The notes beneath the pieces were generated by a model, which was given only the letters and a program-made list of their open reading frames with translations, was not told the origin of the DNA and ran no database searches. A DNA stretch of 64,000 nucleotides. Source: Squalus acanthias (lineage: Eukaryota). The position numbers and the translations under genes are program-made. The stretch is taken from positions 109,990,001 through 110,054,000 of the forward strand of contig CM059431.1 in the NCBI GenBank assembly GCA_030390025.1, in the 5' to 3' direction. Of the stretch, positions 58,701-64,000 are shown one piece after another. The number at the start of each line of letters is the position of its first letter. Position 1 is the stretch's first letter.

Positions 58701-61700
58701 AACATGGTTTTGTAGACCTAACTTAGTAAATTGTGAAATCTAGCACAAGTAATTATAGGGCCATAATGTTTATAATCTTCTATCATAGCTTCCTTCTTAT
58801 TGCTAGATACGATTTTATGAAGTGGTGCGACCTTTGAGAGAAGAGATTGAAGAACTTCGACAAAAGAAAGCCAGTCTTTGGGAAGAGGGCAACAGCCAGA
58901 AAAATCAATTGAATAGCTTGATTGAGGTTGGTAATTTTCGCAATTTTTTAAATTAAAGTAAGTACAGGATTTTAAGGAGGATCGGCATTCTTAGTATCCT
59001 CATGTTTGTAACTACTTACTAGCGGTACAGTTATGGCTGTGAGGATTTATTCAAAAGAATGTTTTGCATAGATTGCAATTTTAAAAAAATTGCATGGCTT
59101 TGTACTGTTTACCTCAACTTTTATTTTTTTTTAAAAAGGGATTTCTACATTTTGATCTGTATATTCGAGCAACTTTTTGCATGGACCACAATTTTTTTGA
59201 AAATTGGGTGGTATATTGATAATCTCACAACTTTACCTCTTGAAAAATTAATTTCTCACATTTTGATGTGTGTTTGTTTCAGGGTACATTTTGTTCCACT
59301 GCATGTTCTGTTTTCCTCTACCAAATGTATTGCAGTTTAGTTTTACTGTCTTTATTCAGATCCACTGACTGTAGTCTCTCTTACTCATATTCATATTGTT
59401 TCTGTATTAACATTGCCAGTTTTTGTAATGCAGTTGTATGACTGCTGTTAATTAAATTTAAAAAAAATTAAGTTAAATGCCAATAAAATACCAAGTTTCA
59501 TGCATGTTATTTTATATTTCATAAAGTTAATCGTTGTTAGGACAATGTACTTTTTTTAATAAATTACAATCTGACTCTAAGAATTGTATTGTGGGAGCCA
59601 AATGCTCCCAGGCAAAATTATTAATTTTGACAACAAAAGAGTATCAAAATCTTGATTTGATAATTACCCGTCAACTCGAATGTTTCACTGCAAGTTATGA
59701 CATTCATGGCTAGCCGTAATTTAATTTTGGAAAAATATGGGGAGCAAGTTGCTGGTTGACTTGTGTCACAGTATTAGAATCGTGGGCATTTCAGAAGCCA
59801 AAGATTGAGGAGAATTCCCTTCCTGTTAACCTTTTTCTGACTGACTGAAGGAGCCTTACTATTGGTGGATGTAGAAGGCTTATAAAAAGATGATTGCCCT
59901 AACATTGCAGTGTTTCAACTGACGTTGCAGTGAGAGTGTGTTTGATGTTTGTTAGGTTCATACAAAATAACTTCAGTCTCCATCCATTAACATTAAACTT
60001 TATTTTCAGAAAATAAGGGTAACATGGTGCTTGTCTTAATCACTGTTAATAGCGTTTTCATTTTTATTTTATTGCTCTTGCATTGGTTTCCCTCTTGCAG
60101 CCATGTTTTCTCCTTCAGTTGATAGGGCAAAAAAGTGAGTTACCGACATCCCTTTACTCGCTGTCTGTCAGGATGTTCACAGTCCAAAAGTGTATTATCT
60201 GTGTGAAGCTGAAAACACTTTGCACCTTTGCTGACTTAGGAGTGCAAATTGTGTATGAAGGCCTGAGCTGACTCTGAAGCAAAGCAGACGGAGACTTTCC
60301 ACTTTGTTCAGGGCCCAATCTGACATTGGATTCAGGCTGCATTTACTCTATTCATTTCAGCAACCGTGCAAAGCAAAACCACTTTTAACTGATGCTACGG
60401 TTGCAATATAATTGCATTCTATGACTCGGTGATAAAGTGAAAGGAAGTATGTTTCTGTAGGGTGCATCAGTTGGCATATTCCAATCTTTGTACTTCCTCC
60501 TTGTGGCCTGTCCAAGTTAAAACTGTTTTTCAACGCTCCTGACACTCTATTGGGGGTCCATCATTGCTGCAAGAACTGCTCGGTTGCATTTTAGATGATC
60601 TTTTGCAAAGAGTAAATTTTAGGTTCCAATCAGATGAGTTCCTTGTTGCAATAGGGAAATAAAAATCCTCAAGAAATATAATTATATTAGGAATAAAAAG
60701 TATTAAGAGTGACGCAATCATTCCTTGTAAAAGTTATTTTAATAGGTGTGGTGATCTTAACCTCAAAATATTAGTGTAGTTGTACTAGCTATATATAGTT
60801 TGTCAAGTTGGATGACAATGAAAATACTGGAACTTTGACCCATCACCTGTATATACATATCGTATGTACATACGCGTCCTTCTGCGTCTCCTTGTCCTAT
60901 TCACTTTCCCTGCTGAGAATCCAGGCTGAGACCTTGCTCTTGGGTCTTTGCCAAAGCAGCTCTACAGATGAGCATTAGGTGTGGAAAAGCAGTGTGGTGT
61001 TACTTGCCTTATTTATTGGAAAATTTGAACTCACTTGGCTCTTCATCCGAAGTCATGGCCAAAATAGGGAACTCTGCAGCGAAAGAAATTTGAATATTCA
61101 AATATTACGGTAGCCATGCAGTACCTTTGGGAGAGAGGAGGCTGAACACAGAAGCATAAGCTGTTGGCACTCGTGTACAATAGTGTGTTGCATAACATCA
61201 CAGATAAATGTTTATATCTCTATGATGTGATGAAAATAGTTTTCTCATAGTCTAACACGTAGCACCAATTTCAAAAAGGGACAGAGATTTCTATATGGAG
61301 ACTTTGTATATTCAAAGATTAAGGAAATCTGCATTTTCAGACATTTATTAAGTTTCTATTATTGCGATTTAATCTGTCTATTCTATATTTTAGTTTATCT
61401 GCTAAGTATTGTGGAGACTGGCCAGTTCTTCTTTGAAGCTTTGCCCATCACTTTTGTTTGTTTTTGTAGCTACATTCTACAAAAATGTACTGATAAATAT
61501 TTTGCCCAGAACATAATTATGACATGTTAAACATGCCTGAGTTTGTACTAGACGTTTTAATTTTTTTTTTTTATCATACTGAAGTGCTTTTGGAAGTGGT
61601 GGAACAGTAGAACTGCAATTTTTAAAGCAACAAGTTTCGGGTCTTTCCTTAGTTATTCTCTTGGGTACAGTGGTGTTCGTCACTCCCATAAGCAGTCTGA

Positions 61701-62920
61701 GTGACTTCTAATGAGGGGTGTAATTGTACTGTCCAATATCTGACTGTACGGTAGCATAAGGCATATAAGATTGTGAAGGGGCTTGATCGGGTGGATGCGG
61801 TAAGGATGTTCCCAAGGATGGGTGAAACTAGAACTAGGGGGCATAATCTTAGAATAAGGGGCTGCTTTTTCAAAACTGAGATGAGGAGAAACTTCTTCAC
61901 TCAGAGGGTAGTAGGTCTGTGGAATTTGCTGCCCCAGGAAGTTGTGGAAGCTGCATCATTAAATAAATTTATAACAGAAATAGATAGTTTCCTAGAGGTA
62001 AAGGGAATTAGGGGTTACGGTGAGCGGGCAGGAAATTGGACATGAGGCTGAGTTCGGATCGGTCAGGGCCCTGTGGGTGGCGGAGCGGGCCCAGGGGCTG
62101 AGTGGCCGGGTCCTGCTCCTACTTCTTGTGTTCTTTAGATTTGAGGTTAGGATCAGATCAACCATGATCTTAATGAATGGCGGAGCAGGCTCCTTCATAG
62201 CATGTGAAAATAAATAGCTATAGTTATGATCAGACTCACTTAATTCAATCAATCTGAATTGTCTTCACAAAATAATTAACAAGCTATGCTTTCCCCATCA
62301 GTGGGTCATCTCACTTGACATGAACAGAAATAACTCCTACTTGTTAAATTTCTGAGCCATGCCTCTGCTGGATCTGAATGCCAGTGTGTGTGTCTCTGCC
62401 TCGATCATCAGTCTCCCTGTGTTCACAAGTGGAGGGAAGGACCTGTGCCAGACACCTCCTACCAAGTGCCCGGAACTAGCACAGTGGGTGTGAGCTGTTT
62501 ATCAATCACTGAGACAAGCTAATAAAATACTTAATGTTTACAGACTTTGAAGATAGTTTGCATTTTAACCACCTATCCTCTCGGTGCTTTTTTAAAACTT
62601 AGTGAATATACTTCGATTTTAAAAATCCAACATTTAAGTGCAGCTCTCTTTTGAGACCCCTTCTGTGGAAAAATGGTCAAAAATCCTGAAACATGACTAT
62701 TATGCAATTTAGAGTCATGGGAAAATGCTAAATGTTTCAGGCACATTTATTTAACACTCAACCTTTTCAATGCTTAAAATCTTTAGAGCTATGAATCCGA
62801 AAGGAGAACTCGCTCTGATCTTGAAGTCCGTTGTCAGCGCCTCACATTGGAACTAGCAGACACCAAGCAACTTATTCAGCAAGCGGACTATAAGAGAGCG
62901 AATTATGACCGGGTAAAGCA
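49509..62920 (+). CDS. PIBF1: PIBF1/CEP90 centrosomal coiled-coil protein, 5' partial (first five coding exons; continues past window)
   Basis: MSRK...[25 protein letters not shown]...[26 protein letters not shown]; five in-frame GT-AG exons; head-to-head with DIS3 as in other vertebrates. Confidence 0.95.
50791..51580 (+). mobile_element. Harbinger-type MITE, family B (uninterrupted)
   Basis: GGCCCGGAATTTACGG ... CCGCAAATTCCACCCC. Confidence 0.8.
51653..51753 (+). CDS. PIBF1: PIBF1 coding exon 2
   Basis: [33 protein letters not shown]; 101 nt. Confidence 0.94.
52068..52970. mobile_element. Harbinger-type MITE, family C
   Basis: Perfect 17-bp TIR GGGGGAGAAATTCAGTA; TAT TSD on both sides. 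Confidence 0.85.
53099..53297 (+). CDS. PIBF1: PIBF1 coding exon 3
   Basis: [43 protein letters not shown]...EYVS; 199 nt. Confidence 0.94.
54246..55590. mobile_element. Two old L2 remnants in opposite orientation separated by a GA-rich tract
   Basis: Degenerate L2 3' ends: ~54246-54710 minus, ~54890-55590 plus. Confidence 0.65.
55691..56455 (-). mobile_element. Harbinger-type MITE, family A (inverted)
   Basis: Reverse complement of the 8771 copy; right end CCGAATTTTTGGGCC. Confidence 0.83.
56579..58371. mobile_element. Non-autonomous PIF/Harbinger DNA transposon with decayed Myb/SANT-like ORF
   Basis: TIRs GGCCAAGATTTT / AAAATCGTGGCC; TTA TSD on both sides; minus-strand frameshifted RREVLFP...AWLQIAEE...[14 protein letters not shown] (~57860-58078). 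Confidence 0.88.
58807..58926 (+). CDS. PIBF1: PIBF1 coding exon 4
   Basis: [21 protein letters not shown]...QLNSLIE; 120 nt. Confidence 0.92.
61762..62192 (+). mobile_element. CR1 3' fragment
   Basis: [12 protein letters not shown]...FFTQRVV. Confidence 0.8.
62787..62920 (+). CDS. PIBF1: PIBF1 coding exon 5
   Basis: [44 protein letters not shown]; 134 nt. Confidence 0.94.
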
Positions 62921-63061
62921 GTAAGTACACTCATGTTAGTCTTTTGTGGTAATTTTATCTATGATTATACATTTGTTTTGTGCACAACTTCAAATATGGG
63001 CCCAAAACCTGAAAGAGATAAAAATAGTAGCCATTTTGCAACTGACAAAACCCCACTTGTA

Positions 63062-64000
63062 GGCCACGATTTTACGGGCGCTCAGAGGGCAGGTTCGGAG
63101 GCGGGTCTGCTGTCAAAATCGAAATGATTGACAGCAGGTTGGAGCCCGCTCCGAACCCACCTCCATATAAGTTTCCAAAGTGTCGGGTCTGCGATTTCAG
63201 AACAGACCCGACACCATGTGGCGGGGGAGGCATTTAAGATAGTTAAATGCTTGTTAACTACTATTTTGCCAGCCTATTTCTATTCCACCACTTTTTTAAC
63301 GAGGTTCACGTCGTTCGGAGATCACGTCAGGCAAGTAGGTCAGGTTCTCTATGTCTCCCCATTGCTGTGATTAGGTGACGGCTGCAAAAGTGGTATGAAA
63401 GCTACCATTTCACAGCTGTTCACTTTCCAATGTCAGAAGCTTGAGCCTTGAGGACTTGGAAGACACTTTTGAGCTTTACGCAGTTTGGAAGTGTTTGGAG
63501 TCAACTCTCTATTCACTGTCACCTCCTTGGAGCAAGCTCTCTCACCAGTGACAGATCACTTCTGTCATCTCAGCTTCAGCTGCCATCTATTCCAGCAACA
63601 TCTTGAAGCAGCCCTTGAAAAATCTCACCTTGGTCCTCCGAATCCCTCCACGATCAGCCCCAACACCAACATCACCAGGCACACCAACATCAACACAACA
63701 CCAACCTTCTCCGCAATCACCTGATGCTGCACAGGACACAAGACATCAGCACCCGACAACATTGCTGCCCGGGAGGCCAGCGATGGCATCACCATGGCCA
63801 GATTTACTTCACTTGATGCTGCACACCCTGGCTGCCACATGATGCGTCAGGTTGACACCACCCCACACCAGCACCATAAAGCATCCCTGCAATGTCCAAG
63901 CCATTCCTTTCACACTCATCATAATTGGGGGTGAGGGGAGAAGTTATGCCTCAACATTCACTGGAACACACTAAGACACTTCCAAAGGTGAGCACAGATC
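63062..64000. mobile_element. Second copy of the 56579 Harbinger family, cut by the window end
   Basis: TIR GGCCACGATTTT; 63400-64000 aligns to ~56950-57530. Confidence 0.85.

Overview
Vertebrate genomic DNA; the repeat content (HE1/V-SINE, Deu-SINE, CR1, L2, Penelope-like and PIF/Harbinger elements) suggests a cartilaginous fish, probably a shark. The window holds a complete 21-coding-exon DIS3 (RRP44 exosome nuclease) gene on the minus strand (CDS 42769->3082; the exons sum to 2895 nt, 964 aa + stop, all GT-AG). It sits head-to-head with the 5' part of PIBF1 (CEP90) on the plus strand (five coding exons, 49509-62920, continuing past the window). Introns are crowded with transposons. Most notable: a TPP2 exon-1 fragment with its splice donor inside DIS3 intron 3; two ~200-bp Penelope-like fold-back insertions with TSDs, and minimal hammerhead ribozyme motifs; a ~750-bp Harbinger-type MITE family with covarying internal hairpins and clustered splice signals, always antisense to the host gene; a 32-bp minisatellite of CTCF-like motifs at the PIBF1 promoter; and a short unique sequence attached to L2 tails at two loci. 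Everything was read by eye. I found no convincing wholly new biological system; family names and human comparisons come from recalled knowledge, and repeat boundaries without TSDs are approximate.
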